Source of the DNA: Welwitschia mirabilis
Lineage: Eukaryota
Direction: 5' to 3'
NCBI GenBank assembly: GCA_051453625.1
Contig: JBOZIK010000001.1
Span: 11,405,124-11,452,024, forward strand
DNA length: 46,901 nucleotides
Shown: piece by piece, positions 26,701-37,950 of the stretch
How positions within the stretch are numbered: position 1 is the first letter of the stretch
How the letters are laid out: each line of letters opens with the position of its first letter
The notes under the pieces: model-generated
Database searches by the model: none
The model's input: only the letters and a program-made list of their open reading frames with translations
Told to the model about the DNA's origin: nothing
Program-made: the position numbers and the translations under genes

Positions 26701-27372
26701 GCAAACACATTTATCTTATATTGAAGAAGAGAGATGAGACTCGATTCTTATTAAGGGATAACGTTTTTATTAATAATCAAGGGTTTTTTTTAGGTTACTA
26801 TTCAAGAAAATGTATTTCAGTCCACTATCTAAAGGTTTCAGGTTTAGGTTTAAGCTCAGAATTTTAGTTTCTGGGAAATTTGCAAGATAATAGACTATCA
26901 TATTAGACCATTCTCCAGATGTCAGTATTGGATGTCTACCCTCAAAATAAGAAATCTCAAGTCTGATAAATTCTTGGACTTCTGCATAGTTGACAAACTC
27001 AAACTCTCTACTCTTTAGATCAGAAAACTCAGTTGTCAAATGGTCAATATCAAGTTGACCGTCAAAAATATACAGGTAGTCTACTTCTAATTTATCATCA
27101 AAAAGGGTTGGTTTGTGAAGCATGGACCATCTTTCCTTAAGTGGTCTATGCTGTAAAAATAAATTTGGCTTAATTTCTTTCTCCACACTCAAATCATTAC
27201 CTATCTTTTTCGGCTGCATTAAAAAGTCTTATTAAAAATTGTTTGTTCTCAAAATGATACTTCATCAATCTAGTTCTTATATCTATGATATAGTGGACTA
27301 TTTCTTATCAAGCTTTAACTAGAAGTGAGGGATATCCATCATACTGCTTAATTTCTAAAATTGCTACATCAA
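23800..27372 (-). pseudogene. pol: Element B pol, downstream copy: protease C-terminus, RT, RNase H, full integrase
   Basis: RT motif MPFGLCNSPDTFQ with the catalytic site mutated (IFINYFSIY). RH motifs FEVMCDASNFAMSGVL and NYTIIEKEML. INT motifs EPFDYGGIDFIGP and AYHLQTNEQA. Confidence 0.9.
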
Positions 27373-28319
27373 TAGAAGTAGGTATGTTTTCAACCCATTT
27401 AGTCACGTAATCCATTGTAACTAAAATGTAATTTTTATCAAAAGAAGGTGGATGAATAGGGCCTATGAAATTAATACCCCAATAATCAAAAGGCTCACAC
27501 TCAAGAATAGGTCTAAGGGGCATTTCCTGTGAATGAACAAGGCTACCATAACACTGACAAGAATCACATCTTCTAGCAAAATTAAAAGAATCACAAAAAT
27601 GAGAAGGCTAATAAAAACTAGAATGGAGGATTTTCATTGTAATTTTATGTCTACTAAAATATCATCCACAAACATCACTATGATAAATATGAAGGATCTC
27701 AGGTATCTCCTAATTAGGCATACATTTTCTTATGATTTGGTCTTTATACCTATGGTACAAATGTGGTTTATTCCACTCATAGTTACTTATCCTATGGAGA
27801 AAATATTTGTGTTGGTTATAGGTCCAGTTTTGTGGTGTTTTTATAATCACACGATAGTTCATAATGTCTGCATACCAAGAAGGAGGATGAAAATAAGAAA
27901 TAGTATATCATTTGGAGGAGAAGGAAGTCGAGATAAGTGATCGGCGACACAGTTATGCTTCCCTGCTTTATCTGTGATGATTAACTTAAACTCTTGCATA
28001 AGAAAGATCCATCTAATCAAACATACACTATAATATTTCTTGGTTATGAGGTAAAAAATGGCAACATAATCGATGTAAACATTAGTATGAAAGCCCAAAA
28101 TATAATGTTTAAGAGAATCAAGGCAAAAGATAATAGCTAGCATCTCTTTCTCTGTAATGGTATAGTTCATTTGAGCTCTAGACAAAGATTTGCTCTAATA
28201 AGATATAACTTTAAAATCATTCTCATATTTCTGACAAAAAATCCCACTCACGACAAAGCTACTCACATTATACATAAGCTCAAAATCAAGTTCTCAATTA
28301 GGTCCTACTACTATAGGAG
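27373..28319 (-). pseudogene. pol: Element B pol, upstream copy: RNase H and integrase N-terminal half (continues from 36113)
   Basis: NYTITEKEMLAIIF...NCVADHLSRL and MPLRPILECEPFDYWGINFIGP...DYVTKWVE. Paralogous to 24620-25767. Confidence 0.9.
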
Positions 28320-29384
28320 CGTTGCACTGCAAATGGTTATTTGATAGGGTTTTATGAGTTTTTTCATAGGACTTATATATAGGTTTAGGTGTAATTATAA
28401 GGATTTTGGAGATACAAGAGGAAATCTTAGAAGGGTGCGATTCTTATCAAAATTTAATGCATTAAAGGCACTTTGTGATGAGCAAAGATTTTAAGAAGGA
28501 TTCATGATAAAAATGCTAAGTTTCTTCTTAAGAAAATAATCAAAGAAGACCGTCATCCCCTTCATCATTCCCATGACTAACATGACGACAATTACTGATG
28601 TGGACTACTGAGTCATCATTTTGAGAATATTCTATAATGTACTATCGTCTCCACTGTCATCTAGAAGATAATCCAAATGACACTATCATGTAACCGACTC
28701 TTATAGATCCCTTGACTATTCCATCCATTTCTGAGTCATTTATGAGTGTACCTCATTGCACCTATCATTTGTCCTTTTCTGCTATATTGTCTTATAAATA
28801 AGAACTCCCCTCCCAACTCTCCTTCTTGTCTTTGTTGCATCAGAAATCCTCATGACAGGAGGTCGAAGGACAGAAGATCCATTTGTGTGTGTTGCAGAAA
28901 GACATGCACTTGGTGGAGGGCTGTGTATCCTTTATTAAGACCCAACTATTTTGTAATCAAGATGCTTGTTACTTTTTAATTAAAAAACATTATTTTCTTT
29001 TCATGTTTGCATCTTAGGTTTTCTGATTACCCTTATGGTTTATGATTGTCCTTTATCTGGTGACAATTTCTTGGGTGACATAAATCATTAAGGGCAGCTT
29101 TTATTAAGGCTAAAAGAAAGTAGTATTAGGATTATTTTTGCATTTTGTGTTAATTTAGATTGCATCTTACATTTTGCATTGTATTCTATTTCCTGCATTG
29201 TATTTATTTCTGGTCCTTAGTTTTATTTACAAAGCAACCTAGGTCTCATACTCATAAACTTCAATGAGAATATGACATTTTAACTATACTCCCACTCATA
29301 CAAGTGTTTGTATTATATTTATTTATTTTATAATTAACAAAATCCTTTTGAGCCTAAGCACTTGCATAAATACACATCACAACA
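28320..29384 (+). repeat. Element C 5' LTR
   Basis: CGTTGCAC...CATCACAACA, aligning with 35036-36112. TATA-like CTTATAAATAAG at ~28791. Confidence 0.92.
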
Positions 29385-29387
29385 TTT

Positions 29388-29405
29388 TGGTGCCGTTACT
29401 GAGGA
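29388..29405 (+). promoter_or_regulatory. PBS of element C (Athila-type TGGCGCCGTTGCCGGGGA-like, tRNA-Asp)
   Basis: TGGTGCCGTTACTGAGGA lies 3 nt after the LTR end. Confidence 0.8.
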
Positions 29406-30044
29406 AGATTATTGAGGAGTACAAGGGTTGTCGTCATTCAGATGAGTATATCGGACCTTAGTTCGGTTATTTATCTATGCAGCATTGTATTTTATTAGAA
29501 GCTATAGGTTTTCTATGTGCTGTTTTTTAATTTTGTTTTTCGATTTTAGTTTTCTGTAAAAAAGTGTGATCGTCCCCTCTGTCATCTCCACAACTGTCAG
29601 GACGACAGTGTGAAATTTTGGTTTTTGATTTTATTTTTGGATTGCAATTTTTCTAAAATAAATTAGTTTCTATCATCTTCTTTGATGTCTGAATGACAAG
29701 GTGGACGACACGCCTACTTTCTATGTTTTCTATTTTTGTATTTTGGCTTTGGTTCTGTTTTTGTTTTTCTAGTTTGTGTGTTTATCGTCCACTCTTTCGT
29801 CCCCATGACAAGAAGGATGATAGTGTTATTTTTTGATTTGTTTTTTATTATTTTTTGTTTGCAGGTATTATGACATTGTCAGTCCAGAAAAAGGCTTATC
29901 AGAGGAAAAAAGGCTGTTGATAAAAGAAAGTATTTAAGAAGGATAGAAACACAAAGTCTAGATGCATACATTAATTTTTTTAAGCTCATTTTATTTGTTA
30001 AGAACCTACCATTATTTTGAACTAAATATTCTCTTTCTCCCAAA

Positions 30045-31980
30045 ATGAATAATAATCAATTAACCTATATTAAAATTCTTAGAACAAAGATAACATTTAA
30101 AGAAGATCTTAAGGAAGATAGCAATAAAACAATTATGGAACTTTTTTTTTAAAAAAAGGAGAAAAGAATATGAGAATGATAGTAAGAAAATAGTTGGGGA
30201 ACTTATTACTAAGAAAAGGAGAAGAGAATCCGAGGAAAATGATAAGAATACACTAAAAGAGCTTCTTGCAGAAAAAGAAAGATCAACACAAAATGTTAAG
30301 AGTAGGGATAGGACCCATTCCTCTTTTTAACCACTGTATTATTCTCCCCTTTTATTTTAAAATTCATAGAGAACAAATGAATAAAATCTTAGAGATTTAA
30401 CCTCATACAATTATTTTTACCCATCCCATCCATCTCCCATGAACTACTATAAAGGAAAAAATGATTCATTAGAAGAATTAAGGAACATAATAAAAAGGCA
30501 ACAAGAAGATACCAACAAACATACAGAAAAGCTTATAGAAACTTTGGTTGCTTTTATTCAACAAAATCAAGAATCTCTTCAAATGCAAAATCCTTAAAAC
30601 TATCCTGATTCATCTTACCTTGAGGAAAATGAAAACAACTTAGGGATGAATGATNNNNNNNNNNNNNNNNNNNNNNNNNNNNNNNNNNNNNNNNNNNNNN
30701 NNNNNNNNNNNNNNNNTAGAAGATGAACAAAAAGGAGATAATGATAACTTGAATACATCTTTCAATAATAAAGATGAGGATTTCTATTTGGATAATGATG
30801 ATTACGAGTATATTCATGAGAAAAACTATGAATTATCACATTTCCCCTTCTTATGAAAACGAAAAAATGAAATAAGATGATGAAAATAATGAAGGAGAAG
30901 AGGAAGATGTCATTGATATTTTAGATCATATCCCAAACTTCCACATGTTTTGTAAGAATGAAGAAGTGCCACTAATATATGAGATTAAGCTTTTAAAATT
31001 AATGGAAATTAGCATTGAGACAATGAAAAATGATCAAATTAACTTAGATCAGAATTACAATTTGGAGTTAATAGAGTTATTTAAAGAGGACAAAAAATCA
31101 AGCCAAGAAACATTATAATATCTTTCATTAAAATATGAGAGCTTTCCTTTCTATAATCTTTCTAGTGATCTTTTTGGGGAATTCACCATCTTAGAAGATA
31201 ATAATGATCCTCAACCAAATGAAAAAAAAAAGAGAATGAAATAAATCATAAAGAAGATGGAGGGAGATATAATCAAAGAAGAAATTATTCAAAATTACAT
31301 TCTTATTCTTGAAAATAATGAATCACATCATCTTGAGGATTTGAGTTAAAAAATCTACCAACCTCTTCCTTTGATAACTTCATGTGCAAAAAGTACTATC
31401 TATTTCTCATTTGCAAAATTAACTTTACCATGTGCTTTCATTAATCATTCTTTTGTAAAACAAAATTTTGGATGTCTTGGAATTATTAACTATTGGAAAC
31501 CATATCTTCTTGTTCCCAATCCAAGTTTTGAATTAAAAGTCAAAGAGCTTCTTAGGTACATAAAGCCCATCCTAATTTCTTATCCTAAGAAGTTTCTTAC
31601 AAATCGTTGGATATTAAATAAAGTCATTATTAATCTTTAAATGCAATTTTTATTTTAAATCCTTTATATCATGAGTTTGATAAGAAATTTTTTTTCTATG
31701 AGTTATATGAATTTTTGAAAACTTACATTAATGGTTGTGAAAATAAATTGTCATGTAATCATTTGAAAAAGCCTTATCTTTCTAAGAATCCATGTCTTAA
31801 ATCAAATGATAGGAAACATTTTAGATATCCTTCAAAATTATATTGGAAACTTTCTTTGAGTTCCTTTTCACATGCCTTTTACAATGTTGCTTAAGATACT
31901 AAAAATTTTCATAAAAGAACATTTTTCAATGACACTTATCATTCTTTTATCTCTTATCTGAATTCTAAAAATTGTGCTAT
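30045..31980 (+). pseudogene. Decayed ORF of unknown function in element C (charged 20-aa repeats, coiled coil, acidic tract, aromatic-rich C-terminus)
   Basis: ATG at 30045. With frameshifts it reads KEDSNKTIMELFF.KRRKEY/ENDSKKIVGELITKKRRRES/EENDKNTLKELLAEKERS, then DSLEELRNIIKRQQEDTNKHTEKLIETL and EDEQKGDNDN...DEDFYLDNDDYEY, followed by ORF 31371-31640. Confidence 0.55.
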
Positions 31981-33524
31981 CAAGGTATTACCTTTTTATT
32001 TTCTTTCCTTCCAATTAATTTNNNNNNNNNNNNNNNNNNNNNNNNNNNNNNNNNNNNNNNNNNNNNNNNNNNNNNNNNNNNNNNNNNNNNNNNNNNNNNN
32101 NNNNNNNNNNNNNNNNNNNNNNNNNNNNNNNNNNNNNNNNNNNNNNNNNNNNNNNNNNNNNNNNNNNNNNNNNNNNNNNNNNNNNNNNNNNNNNNNNNNN
32201 NNNNNNNNNNNNNNNNNNNNNNNNNNNNNNNNNNNNNNNNNNNNNNNNNNNNNNNNNNNNNNNNNNNNNNNNNNNNNNNNNNNNNNNNNNNNNNNNNNNN
32301 NNNNNNNNNNNNNNNNNNNNNNNNNNNNNNNNNNNNNNNNNNNNNNNNNNNNNNNNNNNNNNNNNNNNNNNNNNNNNNNNNNNNNNNNNNNNNNNNNNNN
32401 NNNNNNNNNNNNNNNNNNNNNNNNNNNNNNNNNNNNNNNNNNNNNNNNNNNNNNNNNNNNNNNNNNNNNNNNNNNNNNNNNNNNNNNNNNNNNNNNNNNN
32501 NNNNNNNNNNNNNNNNNNNNNNNNNNNNNNNNNNNNNNNNNNNNNNNNNNNNNNNNNNNNNNNNNNNNNNNNNNNNNNNNNNNNNNNNNNNNNNNNNNNN
32601 NNNNNNNNNNNNNNNNNNNNNNNNNNNNNNNNNNNNNNNNNNNNNNNNNNNNNNNNNNNNNNNNNNNNNNNNNNNNNNNNNNNNNNNNNNNNNNNNNNNN
32701 NNNNNNNNNNNNNNNNNNNNNNNNNNNNNNNNNNNNNNNNNNNNNNNNNNNNNNNNNNNNNNNNNNNNNNNNNNNNNNNNNNNNNNNNNNNNNNNNNNNN
32801 NNNNNNNNNNNNNNNNNNNNNNNNNNNNNNNNNNNNNNNNNNNNNNNNNNNNNNNNNNNNNTCTCTTATTTAAATTCTGAAAATTGTGCTATCAAGGTAG
32901 CATCTTTTTATTCTCTTTTCTTCCAATTGATTTTACTAAAAATGATTGCATACCTTTCATGTTTTATCAATTGGTGAATATTTGGTTTGGACCTCATTTT
33001 TTTGAAAATATTGAAATCATGTTTCTTTTTCTTTCTTACTTTATTTTTCAATAAAAGTGTGAGTTAGATTTTAGAAATTGAATAAAAATTTATTGACCTT
33101 GATTTTTCTTTTTGGTTTTCATGGTACTTTTAATTTTTCATTTCTATTTTCTCTGTTTTCATGTTCTATTTTTGAATTCTGTTTTAGTTTATAGTGTTTT
33201 TTGCTCCTTGTTAAATAATATGTCATCTCGTATGTCGTCATCATAATAAGGTGGATGATAGTTGGTTTTGATAGTTTTCTATTTTTTATTAATTTTCTGT
33301 GTCCTATTTATTTTTCCTGTGTATGTCGTCCTCTATGTCGTCTAGATGACTAGCAAAATGATAGTTAATGAAATGGTAACTTTTGCTTTTTGTTATTTTG
33401 ACAAAATACATTTTTATGACTCTGTTGAGATTTTTGACTTGATTGCTTGAGAATTTCAAGAAATCTATGGGCAAAATTTGGAATTACATGAGCAAACTGT
33501 CTAAATTTTCTCTGATCTTTTTCC

Positions 33525-34400
33525 TTTAAAAGATTATTATGATATTACTTAATCATCTCTTAAACTTGACTAATGTATTTATTTTCATAACTAGTCTTTT
33601 GACTTGGGCATTTCAGTGGGAAGATTAGATTCACCTAATCTTAGGACATTCACAAGTCTATGAACTTCAATTTAAATGAAGATGCTTTATTTTTGATGTT
33701 TTTCTCAATGGTGAAAAAGTCTTAGATTGTTTAAGAGTATTCTTTTCTGTCTTAATCTTATGACTTTTACCTTTGTCTTTTAAAGTGTTTGGTCATGTAG
33801 AATGTTGTTTTGTTTTATTTATTTATAAAAAAGTAAAATAAAGGCCATGATATTTTATATCTATGATATATTAAACATATGGTTATTATGATGTCCTACC
33901 ACAAGTACATCGGGGTAAATATTTCTGAGAGAAACCTTTGGCAGTGTAATATGATAGCTATGGAAACTCCACTGGGAGGTCAGTTGGCCATGCTTCACTG
34001 GTCCTTACTTCTCTAACTATGGTTGCACTTCCCTCATCATGGATAATAAAGTTGTATTTAATCTTTGAGGCTCTGGGATCAGTGATGTTTTTAGTGTTAT
34101 CAAAGGCATTATTTGTTTTCTAGACTCTTAGTCTTTCTACATGATCATTTAATTTCTTGAGATTTGGATGTTTGTTTTAAGATGATGGTAGTAGAGTTCA
34201 TTTTTAAGCAATTCTTTGATCTGATCATTCATTATTTAAAGCAATTTACTTTAGCATCATCATAATCACTGCCTTATCAAATGAAATTTTTGTACATTAG
34301 ATCATGTATTTTTTCACATCAAGTGATGTTATGATTACTTTTATGGGAGTCTGCTAGATTAAAATATCAAGATTGATGAACTATCTTTTATTTATATTAT
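33525..34400 (+). other. Non-coding segment of C homologous to the post-pol region of B (~22900-23770), including the conserved block 33888-34042
   Basis: Direct alignment by eye, e.g. ACTTGGGCATTT...ATTAGATTCACCTAAT.TT.GGACATTC.CA.GTCTATG occurs in both. Confidence 0.8.
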
Positions 34401-35035
34401 CTTATGCCCTTTCTTCTTATTTTCTTTTATGGTCAGGTTAGTTATTTCAAAGTCATTACTATATTTTCTTAGCATGTTTTCCTTATTTAAGTTGTCAATA
34501 AAAGATAATTTCTTACTTAGATAAGTGTTTTTTTAAATAAATTTATGTTATTTTTCAGATTTTCAGTGTTATAAGAACTGCTCATATTATTTTTGTGATG
34601 AAACATTTTTATTGTTCACTCTTTTTATTAGAATATTTCATATCTCTCTCTATATATATTTTTTTATAAATCTGACATTACTCAGCTTTTGCATCTCATT
34701 TTGGAAAGTTATCCTCTTTTATCTGCCTTTTCACTTCCATTTACCTTCTTTGTTTTATTTTTCAATATGGGATGTATTGCCTTTTCTTTGAGGGGGTAAA
34801 GACCCATTTTCATGGTTTATTTTCAAAATTTTTTAACTTAATTTAGAGCTTTCATGACATAAAATTTTTAAATTTTCATACATATTATGCATTACTTGAC
34901 ATTTCTCTATGTGATGTGGTTTATGAACTTATTTTATAACTTTCAGAATTATCTTTTGAAAAATAAATTAACTCCTAATTATAGTTTTTCCACCTGGTTT
35001 TTGTTTGGGACTAACAAAGGCTAAGTGGGAGGCTA

Positions 35036-36112
35036 TGTTACACTACCAATTTACAGTTATTTGATAGGATTTTATGAGTTGTTTTGTAAGACTTATATAT
35101 AGGTTTAGGTTCAATTATAAGGATTTTTGAGATACAAGAGGAAATCTTAGAAAAGTACTATTCTTATCCAAATTTAATGCATTAAAGACACTTTTTGATG
35201 AGCAGAGCTTTTAAGAAGAATTCATGATAAAAATGCTAAGTTTCTCCTTAAAAAAATAATCAAAGAAGATCATCATCCCCTTCGTCCTCCCCACGACAGG
35301 TAGGACGATGACTGCTGATGTGGAGTGCTGAGTCGTTATTTCGAGAATATTCTATAATGTACTATCATCCTTATTGTTATTTGGATAATGGTCTAGATGA
35401 CACTATCATGTAACTGACTCTGATAGATTTCCTTAACCGTTTTGTCCATTTCTGAGTCATTTATGAGTGTGCCTAACCATACCTATTATTTGTCCTTTTC
35501 TGCTGTATTGTCTTATAAATAAGACCCTTCTTGACTCTCCTTCTTATCTTTGTTACACCAGAAATCTTTGTGATAGGAGGTCAAAGAGTGGAAGATCCAT
35601 TTGCGTGTATTGCAGAAAGACATGCACTTGGTGGAGGGCTGTGTATCCTCCATTGAGATCTGGCTATTTTGTAATCAAAATGATTATTACTTTTTAATAC
35701 AAAAATCTCATTTTCTTTTCATATTTGCATCTTAGGTTTTCTGATTACCCTTATGGTTTATGATTGTCCTTGATTTGGTGACAACTTCTTGGGTAACATA
35801 GATTATCAAAGGCAACCTTTTGTTAATGTTGAAAGCAAGTAGTGTTAAAATTATTTTTGCATTGCATGTTAGTTTAGATTGCATCTTGCATCTTGCATTG
35901 TATTTTATTTTCTACATTGTTATTTATTTCTGGTTCTTAGTTTTATTTGCAAAGCAACTTAAGTCTCATACTCATAGACTTCAATGAGAATACAACATTT
36001 TGGGTCTACTCCCACTCATACTAGTATGTTGTATTATGCAAAATATTTATTTATTTTATAATTAACAGAATTCTTTTGAGCCTAAGCACTTGCATAAATA
36101 CACATCTCAATA
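35036..36112 (+). repeat. Element C 3' LTR, preceded by PPT AAGTGGGAGGCTA (35023-35035)
   Basis: TGTTACAC...CATCTCAATA, aligning with the 5' LTR. Confidence 0.92.
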
Positions 36113-37950
36113 AGGAGAATAAAATAGTTTATGTTTAAGCCTATTGAAAGCAAGTTGACAAGATTTATTCCATTCGAATTTGGATTCTTTCTCTAGTAAT
36201 AAGTAAAGGGGTTTACAAATAGTAGCATAATCGTAAATGAACTAATAGTAAAAATCACAATGACCAAAAAAAGATCAGACCTGTTTAACATTTATAGGGT
36301 GACTTAGGTTTTGAATGCTATAAACTTTAAAAGCATCCATCCTAATCCCCTTCTGAGAGATATCATAACCTAAAACAATGCCATTTTCTATAAGGAAAAG
36401 ACTTATTTCCCAACTCAAGTGGAGGCCACTAGAAATGCAATGGCCTAAGACTTTCTCTAAATGATTTAAGATTTGTTCAAAATTTTCAGCATAAATAGAG
36501 AAGTCATCCATGAAAATCTCAACGAAATCCTCAAGCATATTAAAAAAGATACCCATCATAGCATGCTGAAAAGTACTCAGAGCATTACAAAGTCCAAAAG
36601 GCATAAGTCTAAAAGCAAAAGTATCAAAAAAAGAAGTAAAAGTGGTTTTGGCTTAGTCCTCACTAGCAATGCAAACCTGGTTATAACCACTATAACCATT
36701 AAGGAAATAGTAAAAAGAATAACCTTGAATCCTATTAAGAATTTGATTAAGAAAAAATAAAGGACAGCAGTCTTTTTTAATTACTTCATTTACTTTCAAA
36801 AAGTCTATGCACATTCATTATTTTCCACCCTTTTTTGGAACTATAATTAAGGGGTTAGTCCACTCACTATTAGCAATGGAGTAAATGATTTCAGCATCTA
36901 TGAGTTTTATGATTTTATCTTTCACAATTTGTTTAAAGGCTGTATTTAGTCTACATTGGGGTTGCCTCACATGTTTAGCATTTTCTTTAAGGTAGATCTT
37001 ATGTTACACAATGAATGTGGGTATGGTTGTCNNNNNNNNNNAGAGAGATGAGACTCAATTCTTGTTAAGGGATAAGGTTTTTATTGATAATAAATGGTTT
37101 GTTTAGGTCACTATTCAAGAAAATGTATTTCAGTCCACTATCTAAAGGTTTCAGGTTTAGGTTTAAGCTTAGATTTTTAGTTTCTAGAAAATTTATAGGA
37201 TAATAGACTATTATCTCAAACTGTCATCTTAGACAATCGTCCAGATGTTAGTAGTGGATGATTATCCCAAAAATAAGAAATCTCAAGTCTACTAAATTCT
37301 TAAACTTCTGCATAGTTGATAAACTCAAACTCTCTACTCTCTAGATCTGAAAAATTAGTTGTCAAATGGTCAAACTCAAGTTGATTGTCAAAAATATATA
37401 GGTAGTCGACTTCTGATTTATCATCAAACAAGGTTGGTTTGTAAAGGATGAACCATCTTTCCTCAAGTGCATGATGCTGTAAAAATAAAGTTGGCCTAAT
37501 TTCTTCTTCCACACTCAAATCATTACCTAAATCATTTTTAGCTACATTAAAAACTCTTATTGAAAATTGTTTATTCTTAAAATGATACTTCATTAATCTA
37601 GTTCTTGTATCTATGATACAGTGGACTATTGTAAAGAAATCTCTACTTAAAAGTGAAGGATATCCACCATGGTGCTCAACTTCTAGAACTATATCATCAA
37701 TAGGATAGAAAGCTTCTTCTATCTGAATAACCAAATCTTTAATTACAGCTAATGATTTCTTCATAGAAGTACTGGCTAACTCTAAGATAATTTGTGTAGG
37801 TTTTACTATTTATTCTAAATCAAGTTGTTAACAAATGTGCAAGGGCATAATGTTGACTCTAGCTCTAATATCTATCAAAGATTTCTTTATCTTATAGTTT
37901 CCTTCTAAAGTAACACTCATAGTTTTTGCCCCTAGATCCTTAAACTTCCA
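36113..37950 (-). pseudogene. pol: Element B pol, upstream copy: protease and RT
   Basis: KSLIDIRARVNIMPL (protease site), GGYPSLLSRDFF and MPFGLCNALSTFQHAMMGIFFNMLEDFVEIFMDDFSIY. Confidence 0.9.

Larger units (their letters stand above)
28320..36112 (+). mobile_element. Element C: complete non-autonomous (LARD-like) Athila-related LTR element, ~7.8 kb
   Basis: Two LTRs, PBS, PPT and a perfect TSD AGGAG (28315-28319 and 36113-36117). No AP, RT, RH or INT motifs were seen in the internal region. Confidence 0.92.

Noticed and set aside
18426..32880. Long ORFs in the track at 18426-18932, 21390-22133 and 31972-32880
   Set aside because: They consist almost entirely of X residues from N gaps.
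31950..32935. ~75-bp diverged repeat either side of the 840-N gap
   Set aside because: A real tandem array cannot be told from an assembly overlap without the gap sequence.
28746..35697. Cys-rich 76-77 aa ORFs at 28746 and 35467
   Set aside because: They are the same position in the two C LTRs, overlap the TATA region and have non-ATG starts. There is no support for a protein, although staying open in both copies is mildly notable.
24777..36760. Recurrent + strand ORFs (MNKATITLTRIT... at 24777 and 27533; MFK.FSINREVI... at 26122 and 36473)
   Set aside because: They are antisense shadows of integrase and RT, repeated only because pol is duplicated.
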